A stretch of 64,000 nt of DNA, taken from Candidatus Latescibacterota bacterium. Its GTDB lineage: Bacteria > Latescibacterota > UBA2968 > UBA8231. A model generated the notes under the pieces. The model made no database searches. It was not told the DNA's origin and saw only the letters and a program-made list of their open reading frames with translations. Below, one piece after another: positions 19,813 through 29,943 of this stretch. The translations under genes were made by a program, and so were the position numbers. Position 1 is the first letter of the stretch. Every line of letters begins with the position of its first letter. Where the stretch lies: contig OZ242214.1 in the NCBI GenBank assembly GCA_965206595.1, positions 4,736,001-4,800,000 of the forward strand, written 5' to 3'.

Positions 19813-19944
19813 AATGAACGGTACGGATGGGCGCGGGTCAATGCCAAAGCAATGAGATTTATTCCCCTAACCTGCTATTTATCATAGGCTTATACTATAA
19901 AAGCATGATAAAACGGGGGGTTTTGTGAATGCGGAAAAAAGTGC

Positions 19945-19989
19945 CTCTTAATCAGCGGGTCCGGGGTTCGAGTCCCTGTGGGCGCACCA
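19945..19989 (+). other. Attachment-site copy: 3' half of tRNA-Lys(CUU), not an intact tRNA
   Basis: CTCTTAA anticodon loop, T-arm GGGGTTCGAGTCCC and CCA end are present. The 5' half and the 5' anticodon-stem strand are absent. Lies next to the integrase. Confidence 0.85.
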
Positions 19990-19993
19990 AAAT

Positions 19994-20082
19994 CCAGCCG
20001 CTAACTTTGGCGGTTGGCGTTAACTTTGGCGGTTGGTTGGTTTAACGCGAGTCCCCGAGGAGCGGCTTCTCGGGGGCTTGTT
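19994..20082 (+). terminator. Terminator-like hairpins downstream of the tRNA 3' end
   Basis: CCAGCCGCTA/TGGCGGTTGG stem, with TAACTTTGGCGGTTGG duplicated at 20002 and 20021. Second stem AGTCCCCGAG..CTCGGGGGCT is followed by a T-rich tail. Confidence 0.55.
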
Positions 20083-20639
20083 GTATTTGACGCTTTTTCA
20101 ATCACTTGCACCTCCCCCACACATCCTCCCCGATACTCCGTTTTGAAGCGAGCTTTCCGTCCCGGCGGCATCCATGACAAGTCCTCCCCAGCCTGTCTGC
20201 CTAAGTCGCGGCAGACCGCCGCCAAGGAGGAATGGATCCCCACAGAGCCAACGCCGACGAACGAGGCGAGCCTATGAGAACGGCCTCCAGCGGTAAACGA
20301 ATGACCGGGAGAAGCCTGGACAAGGTCGTCAGATGTGATCCCGAAACTTCTGCACTCGCTGCGTGCCGCGCTGATTGAGAAGCTCTACCCGCGATTGGAA
20401 CTACCTGGGGCAAGGTGGCAGCACCCCCCTCACCTCGGTGAACGGCTTCACTGATCTGGAGTATGTCGCCGCGTTTGGGCCGGGCCAATCGCAGGTGGCG
20501 GATTCGACCTTGGTGAACCTGGCCTTGATCCAGCTGCTTCGGCAGGTGGCCGAAGCGCCCGAGCGGAAGACGGGTTTACCGCTGTTTGATGACTGGAGTC
20601 CTCAAACAGAAGACGCCTGTGTGGCCACCTCGGGCGGAC

Positions 20640-21409
20640 GTGGCCACACAGGCGCGCCTGGCCGAGCGGGTGGGTGCAATCCGGATGGCGCCGATGAAGG
20701 TCTCGCTCAGATCGCAGCAGACCCAGCGGATACGAGCCTTCTGGAAGGCGCTCAGCCGGTCCCGGAAGAACGCGTCGATGGTCTCCCGTGCCTTGTCCTT
20801 GCCGACCCGGACGACACAGGAACGTTCCAGGTCATAGACCAGGGTGGCGTATTTGTGGCACCTGGCGTAGGAGGCCTCGTCGATGCCGAGGGGTCTTCAG
20901 CCCGCGGATGCGGTGCCCAGTACGCCGATGCGCGATGAGCCGATGCAACTGGCAGTACTTCAGCAGCAGATATTCGAAGCGGTAGCTGACCCGGGCCGAG
21001 GGAGCCGCCCAGGGCACCTTCTCGACGTGCCGGCCGTGGGTCGGACAGCGGATCTCTCGAGGGGTGTGGTGCAACCAGAGGGTACGGCCGCAAACGCGGA
21101 CATCGCGCCAGCGGCGGGGCTCCATGACCCGTACGATCTTGCTCCGGCGCCCACACTGAGGACACCGGCACCCGTTCTTGTGGGGCTTCACCGAGACCAC
21201 GACGGCCGCTTCCTGCCCGCATCCTTCGAACCACACGTCGACAGCGCGAAATCCCTTGAATTGGAACAGCTTGGAGAGGAACTTCATAGCGGTCATAGGT
21301 CGCCTTCCCTTTCCTGGGGAGTGCTTGATGGGGATACACCAAGCACAGGGAACGACCTATGGCCTTGTCATGTACTCAGGTTTCGCCGTTGAAAAACCCG
21401 GATAGAACC
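20640..21409 (-). mobile_element. ISL3-family remnant (left end plus truncated, frameshifted transposase)
   Basis: CRCPQCG and IRCPTHG..EKVPWA zinc finger, then GIDEASY..KYATLVYDL in another frame. Terminus GGTTCT at 21409 on the minus strand. Confidence 0.8.
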
Positions 21410-21548
21410 AGAAAAAACACCGTGCCGTAAAGTCGCTGACCGGCGACAGGAATTGTTTTTCAACGGACGAGGAGCATCGAGAGCAGTAGACCCCGACAGG
21501 TCCGGTCCGGGCATCTGCTCCTTGCCTTGAAGGAGATCTGAAAACAGG

Positions 21549-22737
21549 ATGTACGGAATTCCATCGATACTGGTTCCGCTACTTGCCCTGACCCTCGCAC
21601 GTTGTAGCGGAGAGGATCCGGCTGCGCCCAGCCAGTCGGAAACCGTCAGGATCGGTTTTCTCGCCGCGGGGGACCGCGTGACCTATGCGGACGCCGCAGG
21701 GATAGCCGTGGCCGAGGCAAACGAGCGCGCGGGCGTGCTCGGCATGCCGGTCGAGCTGCTTTCCCGCATCGAAATAGAGGAAGCCTCCGTCTCGGTCGAG
21801 ACCGCCGAAAGGATGATTCTCGAGGACGACGTCGTCGCTCTCGTCGGGCCCAACCGCTCTTCCCATGCCATTGCATGCAGTCGGAGAACTCGCGCAACGG
21901 CACCGCCTGCCGATGGTGACCACATCGGCGACCAACCCGGAGGTGACAAAGGCGGGGGATTTGGTCTTCATGGCGGCTTTCACCGACATGTTCCAGGGGC
22001 AAGTGATGGCGCAGTTCGCCAGGGAAGAGCTCGGCCTGGCCAGGGTTGCGATCCTGACGCAAAGCGGCGAGGTCTATACCGAGGGGATTTCCGAATTCTT
22101 CCGGTCTGTTTTCATGGCCTCAGGCGGCGAGGTAGTCGCCGACGAGTTCTACGACAGCGGAGAGACGGATTTTTCCGGGCAGCTGGGACGCATTGCCGAG
22201 GCGCAGCCAGAGGCGCTCTTCATATCCGGGCTTGCGCAGGAAATCGCCCTGGCGACGCAGCAGGCGAGAGCTAGGTCTTTACAAGACGCAGCAGGCGAAC
22301 CGGCGCTTTTCCTCGGAGCCGATTCGTGGGACAACCCGAATCTGCTGGGCAACGAGGCCGCCGAGCTCGAAGGCAGCTTCTACACTACCCACTTTTCGCC
22401 CGATACCGATGAACCGGGTGCGCGCCGGTTCGTCGACACATATCAATCGCTGTACGGGAGCACTCCCAGCGGCGACGCGGTGAGCTACGATGCGGTCCGG
22501 CTGCTTCTCGAAGCCATCGAGCGGGCAGGGAGCCTGGAGCCGGAGGCAGTCCGGGGTCAACTTGCGGCGACCGAGAACTATGTCGGCGCCACCCGTATCG
22601 CCCGTTACGACGAAAACAGGCACCCGGTCAAAAGCGCGGTCATCATGATCATCAAGGACGGGATCGGAAGATTCCACACGCAGATCGACCCTGGCCAGCG
22701 AGCACAGGCCGGAGTGCCGGCGGTTCTGCCGCACTGA
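21549..22737 (+). pseudogene. LivK-like ABC transporter substrate-binding lipoprotein, frameshifted
   Basis: Lipobox-like LARC; motifs VVALVGPNRSS, TTSATNPEVT, FLGADSWD and YDAV. A TGCA duplication at 21872-21879 breaks the frame. Confidence 0.85.
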
Positions 22738-22799
22738 AAAGCCCAGTCGATCGATTGAGAATCTGTTTTCAGCAGATTCAGAAAGCGTAGTCACTCCGG

Positions 22800-23064
22800 G
22801 TGCGCCCGGCACCGGATGGCGCTCAGGGCGAGGGCCGACCGAGAGGCGGCGGTTCATGTCGCGGTAATCCTCCCAGGTCATCTCCTCCGGTATCGGCACC
22901 AGCGGCGGCTCGGTCAGAACGTCCTGCGCGTTGGCGGGCTGGACAGGTGAAAAGACAAAGGCAAGCACTGCCATACAGCAGGACAACTTTCTCACGGTTT
23001 CAAGCCTTCCTGTTGATACATGATCTTTCCATCCCGCCGAAAGGGACGGCGGAATATCCGGCAT
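22800..23064 (-). pseudogene. Truncated secreted or membrane protein fragment
   Basis: Signal-peptide-like MAVLAFVFSPVQPANA, then QDVLTEPPL..MTWEDYRDMNRRLSVG, after which coding character is lost. Confidence 0.35.
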
Positions 23065-23237
23065 GTCCTGTTCTGTGATTGTGGGCTTCAGGCCTGGCCG
23101 TCGCCTTCGACCGATTTTCCGGCAGGCGTGTTTCGATGCAATCGCACCTCTGCATTGCGAGCCGCGGAACCTTGTTGACGCCCTGTCGGGTGCGGTTTAC
23201 CCTGAACGGCTTCCCGTCACCGAAGGAAAAAGCATCC

Positions 23238-24497
23238 ATGCAGGAGAATCTCTCGCGGCACTCCCGTCCCTCGGCTCTGGCCATAACCGACCTGCGGGTC
23301 GCCAATCTGCGCGGCGCTCCGTTCCACAGCTGCCTGATTCGCATCGACACCAACCAGGGGCTGAGCGGCTACGGCGAGGTGCGCGACGGCGCCAGCGCGA
23401 CCTACGCCCTGATGCTCAAGACACGCCTGCTGGGTCAGAATCCCTGCGACGTCGACCGGCTGTTCCGGCGCATCAGGCAATTCGGCCATCACGGCAGGCA
23501 GGGGGGCGGGATCAGCGCCGTCGAGATGGCGCTGATCGATCTCGCCGGCAAGGCCTACGGAGTGCCTGCGTACGCACTGGCGGGGGGCAGGTTCCGCGAC
23601 CGCGTGCTCTGCTACTGCGACACCGCGACCACTGCCTGCGGCCGCGAGATGGGGCAGCGGCTGAAGGAGCGTATGGATATGGGGTTCGGATTCCTGAAGA
23701 TGGATGTCGGGATCGGTCTGCTCCGGGACCGCTCTGGCTGCGTCATCTCACCCCCGGGAATGCTCGACAGCCCCACGGTGATGCACCCTTTCACCGGCAT
23801 CCAGCTCAGCGACAAGGGAATCGGCCTGCTCTGCGAGTACGTCGCCGCGGTGCGCGAGGAGATCGGCTACGAGGTTCCCCTCGCCGCCGACCACTTCGGC
23901 CACCTCGGGCTGGAGTCCTGCATCCGGCTCGGGAAGGCCCTCGACCCGTTCTCCCTGGCCTGGTACGAGGACATGATCCCCTGGCAGTTCACCGACCAGT
24001 ACGTGCGTCTGTCCGAGGCGGTCGAGACGCCGGTCTGCACCGGCGAGGACATCTACCTGAAGGAGGGGTTCGCCGACCTGTTCCGGGAGCGGGCGATCGC
24101 CGTTGCCCATCCCGACCCGGCTACCTCCGGGGGCATCCTGGAGACCAAGAAGATCGGCGACGCCGCCCAGGACCGCGGCATCGCCATGGCCCTGCACATG
24201 GCGATGTCTCCGGTCGCCGCCCTGGCCGCGGTCCATTGCGCCGCGGCCACGGAGAACTTCCTCGCCCTCGAGAACCACTCGGTCGACGACCTCGAGCGCT
24301 GGAGCAGCCTCGTCGAGGGGCTGCCGAACCCCCTGATCCAGGACGGGCACATCGCCGTGCCGGAAGGGCCGGGTCTGGGGTTCGCCGACCTGAACCGGGA
24401 GGTGCTGCGGGAATTCGCCGACCCCGGGGCCCCCGGGATCTTCGAGCCCACGGAGGAGTGGGACCACGAACGGGCGAACGACCGCCTGTGGAGCTGA
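23238..24497 (+). CDS. Mandelate racemase/muconate lactonizing enzyme family protein (enolase superfamily)
   Basis: IDTNQGLSGYGEVRD, SAVEMALIDLAGKA, FLKMD, AADH, WYED, TGED and ALENH; AAGGA RBS before MQEN. Confidence 0.9.
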   Translation: MQENLSRHSRPSALAITDLRVANLRGAPFHSCLIRIDTNQGLSGYGEVRDGASATYALMLKTRLLGQNPCDVDRLFRRIRQFGHHGRQGGGISAVEMALIDLAGKAYGVPAYALAGGRFRDRVLCYCDTATTACGREMGQRLKERMDMGFGFLKMDVGIGLLRDRSGCVISPPGMLDSPTVMHPFTGIQLSDKGIGLLCEYVAAVREEIGYEVPLAADHFGHLGLESCIRLGKALDPFSLAWYEDMIPWQFTDQYVRLSEAVETPVCTGEDIYLKEGFADLFRERAIAVAHPDPATSGGILETKKIGDAAQDRGIAMALHMAMSPVAALAAVHCAAATENFLALENHSVDDLERWSSLVEGLPNPLIQDGHIAVPEGPGLGFADLNREVLREFADPGAPGIFEPTEEWDHERANDRLWS

Positions 24498-25594
24498 TGG
24501 GCAGCTCCTACGAAATCGCCGTTCTCCCAAGGGACGGCGTCGGCCCCGAGGTGGTCGGCGCCACACTGGGACTGCTTGAGGGGCTTGGCCTCGATCTCGA
24601 GCTGCGCGACTACCCCTGCGGTGCGGGCTGCTACCTCGAACGCGGGACCCCGCTTCCCGACGAGACCCTGGAGGCCTGCCGCAGCGCCGACGCCACCCTG
24701 CTCGGCGCCATGGGCGACCCCCGGGTGCGCTGGCCGGACGGGACCGAGCTGCGGCCTCAGGTCGACCTGCGCTTCAAGCTCGACCTCTACGCCGGGGTGC
24801 GGCCGATCTATCTGTACGCCGGGCATCACACGCCGCTGCGCGGCATCGCTGCCGGGGAGGTCGATTTTGTCCTCCTGCGGGAGAACGTCGAGGGACTGTT
24901 CGCCTCGATGGACGCCGGGATCGACCTGCGCGGCGAGACCGCCATCGACACCATGGTGATCACCCGCACCGGCACGGAACGGGTGGCGCGCTTCGCCTTC
25001 GAGTTGGCCCGGGAACGCCTGCGCCAGCGAGGCGACGGCGGTTCGCTTCCGCCGCGGGAGGCCTGCGTGACCTGCGTCGACAAGGCGAACATCCTGAGAT
25101 CGATGGCCTTTTTCCGCCGCGTCTTCGACGAGGTGGCCGCCGGCTACCCCGACGTCGGCAGCGGCCACGCCTACGTCGACGCCATGGCGCTGTACCTGGT
25201 GCAACGGCCCCGGGATTTCGACGTGCTGGTGATGGAGAACATGTACGGAGACATTCTCTCCGATCTGGCCGCAGGGCTCGTCGGAGGCATGGGCATGGCC
25301 CCGTCGGGCGACATCGGCGAGGAAGCTGCGGTTTTCCAGCCCTCCCACGGGACCGCGCCCGACATAGCCGGACAGGGGGTGGCCAACCCGGTGGCGACGA
25401 TCCTGTCGGCGGCCATGATGCTGCGCTGGCTCGGGCACCGGCACGAGGACGAGCAGGCGCTTGCCGCTGCGGAGCGCGTCGGCCGCGCCGTGGAGGAGGT
25501 GCTGGCCGACCCGAAGGCGGGAACACCCGACCTCGGGGACGGGATGACGACAGGCGAGCTGGCACGCGAGATCGGCGCCGCGACAGCTCGCTGA
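24497..25594 (+). CDS. Isocitrate/isopropylmalate dehydrogenase family protein (LeuB or tartrate dehydrogenase-like)
   Basis: [31 protein letters not shown] and [17 protein letters not shown]; TGATG overlap with the upstream gene. Confidence 0.92.
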   Translation: MGSSYEIAVLPRDGVGPEVVGATLGLLEGLGLDLELRDYPCGAGCYLERGTPLPDETLEACRSADATLLGAMGDPRVRWPDGTELRPQVDLRFKLDLYAGVRPIYLYAGHHTPLRGIAAGEVDFVLLRENVEGLFASMDAGIDLRGETAIDTMVITRTGTERVARFAFELARERLRQRGDGGSLPPREACVTCVDKANILRSMAFFRRVFDEVAAGYPDVGSGHAYVDAMALYLVQRPRDFDVLVMENMYGDILSDLAAGLVGGMGMAPSGDIGEEAAVFQPSHGTAPDIAGQGVANPVATILSAAMMLRWLGHRHEDEQALAAAERVGRAVEEVLADPKAGTPDLGDGMTTGELAREIGAATAR

Positions 25595-25608
25595 CAACCA
25601 GACCAGGA

Positions 25609-26475
25609 ATGGGCGAACGCATGGTTGCGGAGATACGGGACAGCGACGTCGAGTTCTACCGGGAGAACGGGTACCTGGTCGTTCCCGGTCTCGCCGCCGG
25701 CGAGGTCGAGGCGCTCAGGGCGGACGCCCTCCGCCTCTGCCGGGGGGAGTACGTGCACGAGAACCTGCCGCCGGTCGGCAACGGCTGCAGCGATAACGAG
25801 GCCCTGGGGCGCTACCTGTGCATCCACCACCCTCACAAGATCAGCCCGGTTGCGCTCGAGGCCGGCGTCAAGCATCCCGGCATGGCGAAGGTGCTGGCGC
25901 GTCTGATCGGACCGGACGTCAAGTGCATGCAGTCGATGCTGTTCATCAAACCTCCCGGATTCCAGGGGCAGGCCTGGCACCAGGACGAGATCTTCATTCC
26001 GACGCGCGACCACAGCCTGACCGGGGGCTGGATCGCCCTCGACGAGGCCACCGTCGACAACGGCTGCATCTGGGTGCTGCCAGGCTCTCACAGGGGCGTG
26101 CTCTACGAGCAGCGGGCCCACGACGACGACGAGGAGTTCGACCGCTCCGGTGAATCGCACGGCTTCGACGAAAGCGGCGAAACTCCTGTCGAGGCGAAAG
26201 CCGGGGACGTCGTCTTCTTCGACGGCTACCTCCTGCATCGGTCGCGGCGCAACCGCAGCAGCTTCTACCGCCGGGTGCTCGTCAACCACTACATGAGCGC
26301 CAATTCCCTGCTTCCCTGGCAGCCGCGCGAGGGGGAACGCCCGGCGAACGCTGACTACCGCGACATCGTCATGGTGCACGGCCGCGACCCCTATGCCTGG
26401 AAGGGGACGGAGGATCGCGCCCGCGTAAGCATCCGCACCTGCAAGGCAGCCGAAGAGCTGCGCGCCCGGGGCTAG
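25609..26475 (+). CDS. Phytanoyl-CoA dioxygenase (PhyH) family Fe(II)/2-oxoglutarate oxygenase
   Basis: [29 protein letters not shown] and LLHRSRRN. Confidence 0.92.
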   Translation: MGERMVAEIRDSDVEFYRENGYLVVPGLAAGEVEALRADALRLCRGEYVHENLPPVGNGCSDNEALGRYLCIHHPHKISPVALEAGVKHPGMAKVLARLIGPDVKCMQSMLFIKPPGFQGQAWHQDEIFIPTRDHSLTGGWIALDEATVDNGCIWVLPGSHRGVLYEQRAHDDDEEFDRSGESHGFDESGETPVEAKAGDVVFFDGYLLHRSRRNRSSFYRRVLVNHYMSANSLLPWQPREGERPANADYRDIVMVHGRDPYAWKGTEDRARVSIRTCKAAEELRARG

Positions 26476-26484
26476 CGTCCTGCG

Positions 26485-27660
26485 ATGGATCGGCGCAGGT
26501 TTCTGGCCCGGGCCGGGGCGGCGTTGGCGACCCTGCCGCTGGCCGCCGCGGCCTCGGCTCCGGTCGGGAAAACTCCACTGCCCCCGGGGCGTGCCCGCCT
26601 GCGCGACCTCGGCATCGCCATCGGCTGTCTGTCGCCCGGGCCCCACAACGCCATAACCGACGTCGCCGGCGTCGCCGTCGGCCACACGACCCTGATCTCG
26701 GGGGAGGGCCCCCTGGTGGTTGGCCGCGGTCCGGTGCGCACCGGGGTCACCGCGGTGCTCGCCCGCGAAGGGGACTTGGGGCGCACCCCCGTGCCCGCGG
26801 CCGATCTGACCCTCAACGGCAACGGCGAGCTGACCGGTGTCGGCGCCGTGCGCCGCAGCGGCCGCCTGGGGGCGCCGATTCTGTTCACCGACACCGGCAG
26901 CATCGGTCCGGTGTACGAAGGCTGTCTCGACTACATGCTGCAACGCGACCCCGGGCTGTTCGGTTATCCGGGGCGGCCGGAGCCGGTTGTAGGCGAGACC
27001 TGGGCGGACTTCCTGCACGACACTGCCGGCAGGCACGTTGTTCCCGGGCACGCAATCGCCGCCATACAGTCGGCGCGCCCCGGCCCAGTTGCGGAAGGGT
27101 GCGTGGGCGGCGGCACCGGCATGAGGGCGTACTCGTTCAAGGCAGGGATCGGCACCGCCTCGCGGCTGGTGCCGGTCGCAGAGTCCGGCTACATCGTCGG
27201 GGTGCTCCTGCAGGCGAACCACGGCCGCCGGCCGCAGCTGCGGGTCGACGGGGTTCCGGTCGGCCGCGAGATCCCCGACCTGTTGCCGGAGCGCGGCCGC
27301 CCCGTGGCCCCCGGGAATTCGCTGCTGATCGCCGTCGCCACCGACGCCCCGCTTCTGCCCCTGCAGCTGCGGAGGCTGTGCAAGCGGGCGGCCCTCGGCA
27401 TGGCGCGAACCGGCGGTATCTCCACCCACGGAAGCGGCGATCTCATCATCGCTTTCTCCACCGCGGCGGAGAGCGGCCGGGTGCTGCATTTCTCCCGCCT
27501 GTCGGCGCTCTACCAGGGGGTCGTCGAGGCGACGGAGGAAGCGATCCTCAACTCGCTGACCGCGGCGACGACCACGGTGGGCGGCGACGGCAACACGATC
27601 CACGCCCTGCCGCTCGACCGGTTCGCCGCGGTCATGCGCGAGCACGGCCGCCTCAAATGA
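26485..27660 (+). CDS. DmpA/P1-family aminopeptidase with Tat signal
   Basis: MDRRRFL Tat motif; [40 protein letters not shown] and HGSGD. Confidence 0.92.
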   Translation: MDRRRFLARAGAALATLPLAAAASAPVGKTPLPPGRARLRDLGIAIGCLSPGPHNAITDVAGVAVGHTTLISGEGPLVVGRGPVRTGVTAVLAREGDLGRTPVPAADLTLNGNGELTGVGAVRRSGRLGAPILFTDTGSIGPVYEGCLDYMLQRDPGLFGYPGRPEPVVGETWADFLHDTAGRHVVPGHAIAAIQSARPGPVAEGCVGGGTGMRAYSFKAGIGTASRLVPVAESGYIVGVLLQANHGRRPQLRVDGVPVGREIPDLLPERGRPVAPGNSLLIAVATDAPLLPLQLRRLCKRAALGMARTGGISTHGSGDLIIAFSTAAESGRVLHFSRLSALYQGVVEATEEAILNSLTAATTTVGGDGNTIHALPLDRFAAVMREHGRLK

Positions 27661-28805
27661 GACTGCGCGATCTCGGGCTGACCATTGGTGCCGCGTCGCC
27701 CGGCCCCCGCAACAGCATAGCCGACGTCTCAGGGGTGCGGATCGGCCACGCGACGATAACCGCCCCGTCCGCGGCGACAGGGGTGACCGTCGTGGTCGCC
27801 GGCAGCGCCGCAGGACGGCTCTTCGTCGGCCGCTACAGCGTCGACGGCGGGGACGGTCTGACCGGGCTCGGGGTCGCCGAGGACTTCGGGGCCATTTCGG
27901 CCCCGGTCGCCCTCGTTCCGGCGGCTGCGGTAGGCAGGATCTACGACGCCCTGATCCAGCGCGGGCTCGGCGCCGACCCCGGCCTGTCGGAAGACACCGG
28001 TTGGCCGCCGGTTGTGATCGGAGTGAACGACAGCGAGGTGAACCTGCCTGCCGGCATCCGCGCCGCGGTGCGCGAGGAGCACCTGGCCGAGGCGCTGGGA
28101 AACGCCCCTCCACCGTTTCAGGGGAACGGCGAGGATGTTCCCGACGCGGGTCCATCGGGGACGCCCTCTGTCGGCGCTGTCTCGCAGGTGCGCGAAGGTT
28201 CGGCCGGAATCGGCGCCGGGCTGGCGGCGTTCGGGTTTCGCGGCGGCCTGGGAACCTCTTCCCGCCTCCAGGGGGTTCATGTGGTTGGCGCACTCGTTGT
28301 TGCCAATGGCGGCACCCGGTCCCGATTGGCAGTGGACGGCTGGCCTGTGATTCTTCCCGGAGCCGCGGCGGAATCGCCCCCCCGGGGCAGCGGTAGTTTT
28401 GCCGCCGTGCTGGCGACCGACGCGCCGCTGACACCGCGCCAGCTCGACCATCTCGCCGGGCGCGCCGCCTTCGGCCTGGTGCGTGTGGGGCTGCTCGATG
28501 AACGGACCCGCGAAGGCCTGGTGCTGGCCCTGTCGACGACCGGGCTCGTCGATGGCGAGCCACGCTCCGACGACGGCACCGTCGGGATGCGCTCCCTTGC
28601 AGACACCGAGCTGCCTCCCCTTTTCGCCGCGGCCGCCGATGCCTGCGAGGAGGCGGTTCTCAACGGGCTGCTGCAGGCCGACCCCCTTGCGCCGGAACAT
28701 GCCCCCGGCCTGGCGCCGTTGCGGCAGCAGGGGCTGGAGGCACTGCCTTCGGAGGGCTGGCCGGACGAGATTCGCCGGCAACAGCAACTGCATGGCCGCT
28801 TCTGA
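27657..28805 (+). CDS. Second, divergent DmpA/P1-family protein
   Basis: ATGA overlap; [41 protein letters not shown] and EEAVLNGL. Confidence 0.85.
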   Translation: MRLRDLGLTIGAASPGPRNSIADVSGVRIGHATITAPSAATGVTVVVAGSAAGRLFVGRYSVDGGDGLTGLGVAEDFGAISAPVALVPAAAVGRIYDALIQRGLGADPGLSEDTGWPPVVIGVNDSEVNLPAGIRAAVREEHLAEALGNAPPPFQGNGEDVPDAGPSGTPSVGAVSQVREGSAGIGAGLAAFGFRGGLGTSSRLQGVHVVGALVVANGGTRSRLAVDGWPVILPGAAAESPPRGSGSFAAVLATDAPLTPRQLDHLAGRAAFGLVRVGLLDERTREGLVLALSTTGLVDGEPRSDDGTVGMRSLADTELPPLFAAAADACEEAVLNGLLQADPLAPEHAPGLAPLRQQGLEALPSEGWPDEIRRQQQLHGRF

Positions 28806-29943
28806 GCTGCTGGCCGACGCCGCGCGGATTCGGCGGCTGCGGGCGCGGCTGCTCGCGTGGTACGGCCTCCACAAGCGCCAGCTGCCGTGGCGCGACGTCG
28901 GCGACCCCTACCAGGTCTGGATCTCCGAGATCATGCTGCAGCAGACCCGCGTCGAGCAGATGCGGGGCTACTTCGAGCGCTTCGTGGCGGCCTTTCCGAC
29001 GCTCGAGTCCCTGGCCGAGGCTCCCGAAGGGGCGGTGCTCAAAGCATGGGAAGGTCTCGGTTACTACGCCCGCGCCCGCAACCTGCAGGCCGCCGCAAGG
29101 AAAGTGTTGGCCGAGTTCGACGGGCAGCTGCCGCAGAACCTCGAGCAGCTGCTCGAGTTGCCGGGGATCGGTCCCTACACCGCGGCCGCGGTCAGCAGCA
29201 TCGCCTTCGACTGCGACCACCCCGTGCTCGACGGCAACGTCACCCGCGTCCTCTGCCGGCTGCTGCTCGTCGAGGAGGATCCCCGCAGGGCCGCAGTCAG
29301 GACGCGGCTGATCGCCGCGGGGGAACGCCTGTTGGCGCCCGGCAGGGCCGGCGATTTCAACCAGGCGCTGATGGAGCTCGGGGCCCGCGTCTGTACGCCG
29401 TCGCGGCCCCGTTGCGGCGACTGTCCGCTTGCGGAGTTCTGCTCCGGCCGCAGGGAGCTCGACGACCCGGCCTGTCTGCCGGTGAAGGCCGGCAGGAAAA
29501 AGCGTCCGCATTACGAGGTGGCTGCGGGCCTGATATGGAAGGGGGGCCGCCTGTTGATCGCGCGGCGGCCGGCGGGCGGCATGCTCGGCGGCCTGTGGGA
29601 ATTCCCCGGCGGCAAGAAAGAGGAGGGCGAATCCTGCGCCGACTGTCTGCGGCGCGAGATAAGGGAGGAGCTCGATTTCGACATCGAGGTGGGGGATCAT
29701 CTGCTCAGCGTCGACCACGGGTACAGCCATTTCACCATCACCCTGCACGCCTTCGAAGCGCGCTACGCCGGAGGTCGGCCGCGCGCCGTCGGCTGCGACG
29801 AGTGGAAGTGGGTCAGTCCCGGGCAGCTGGGTGACTACGCCATGCCGCGGGCCGACCGCCGCGTGCTCGAACGGCTGGCAGGCTGCCCGGAGCAGGGGCG
29901 CCTGTACTCGTCACTCACCGAGGAGAGGATTCGTGGCGGCTGA
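28792..29943 (+). CDS. mutY: A/G-specific adenine glycosylase with C-terminal Nudix domain
   Basis: LPWR..PYQVWISEIMLQQT, WEGLGYYARARNL, HhH motif LPGIGPYTA, FeS motif CTPSRPRCGDCPLAEFC and GLWEFPGG. Confidence 0.95.
   Translation: MAASELLADAARIRRLRARLLAWYGLHKRQLPWRDVGDPYQVWISEIMLQQTRVEQMRGYFERFVAAFPTLESLAEAPEGAVLKAWEGLGYYARARNLQAAARKVLAEFDGQLPQNLEQLLELPGIGPYTAAAVSSIAFDCDHPVLDGNVTRVLCRLLLVEEDPRRAAVRTRLIAAGERLLAPGRAGDFNQALMELGARVCTPSRPRCGDCPLAEFCSGRRELDDPACLPVKAGRKKRPHYEVAAGLIWKGGRLLIARRPAGGMLGGLWEFPGGKKEEGESCADCLRREIREELDFDIEVGDHLLSVDHGYSHFTITLHAFEARYAGGRPRAVGCDEWKWVSPGQLGDYAMPRADRRVLERLAGCPEQGRLYSSLTEERIRGG

Noticed and set aside
19915-19989. Intact tRNA-Lys gene
   Set aside because: There is no D-arm or 5' acceptor strand and the anticodon stem cannot pair; treated as an att fragment.
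20140-20640. Genes between the att site and the ISL3 remnant
   Set aside because: Short fragments with no recognisable motif or convincing start.
23063-24496. Long N-terminal extension of the 843-aa LeuB-like ORF
   Set aside because: It overlaps the enolase-family gene in another frame; the true start is 24497. The same applies to the extended ORFs at 27099, 45593, 48906, 49489 and 60874.
25171-28563. 1130-aa minus-strand ORF and other long antisense ORFs (e.g. 24053-25597, 43557-45257, 54027-55586)
   Set aside because: They are shadows of well-supported genes in high-GC DNA, are Arg/Pro/Gly-rich and have no motifs.
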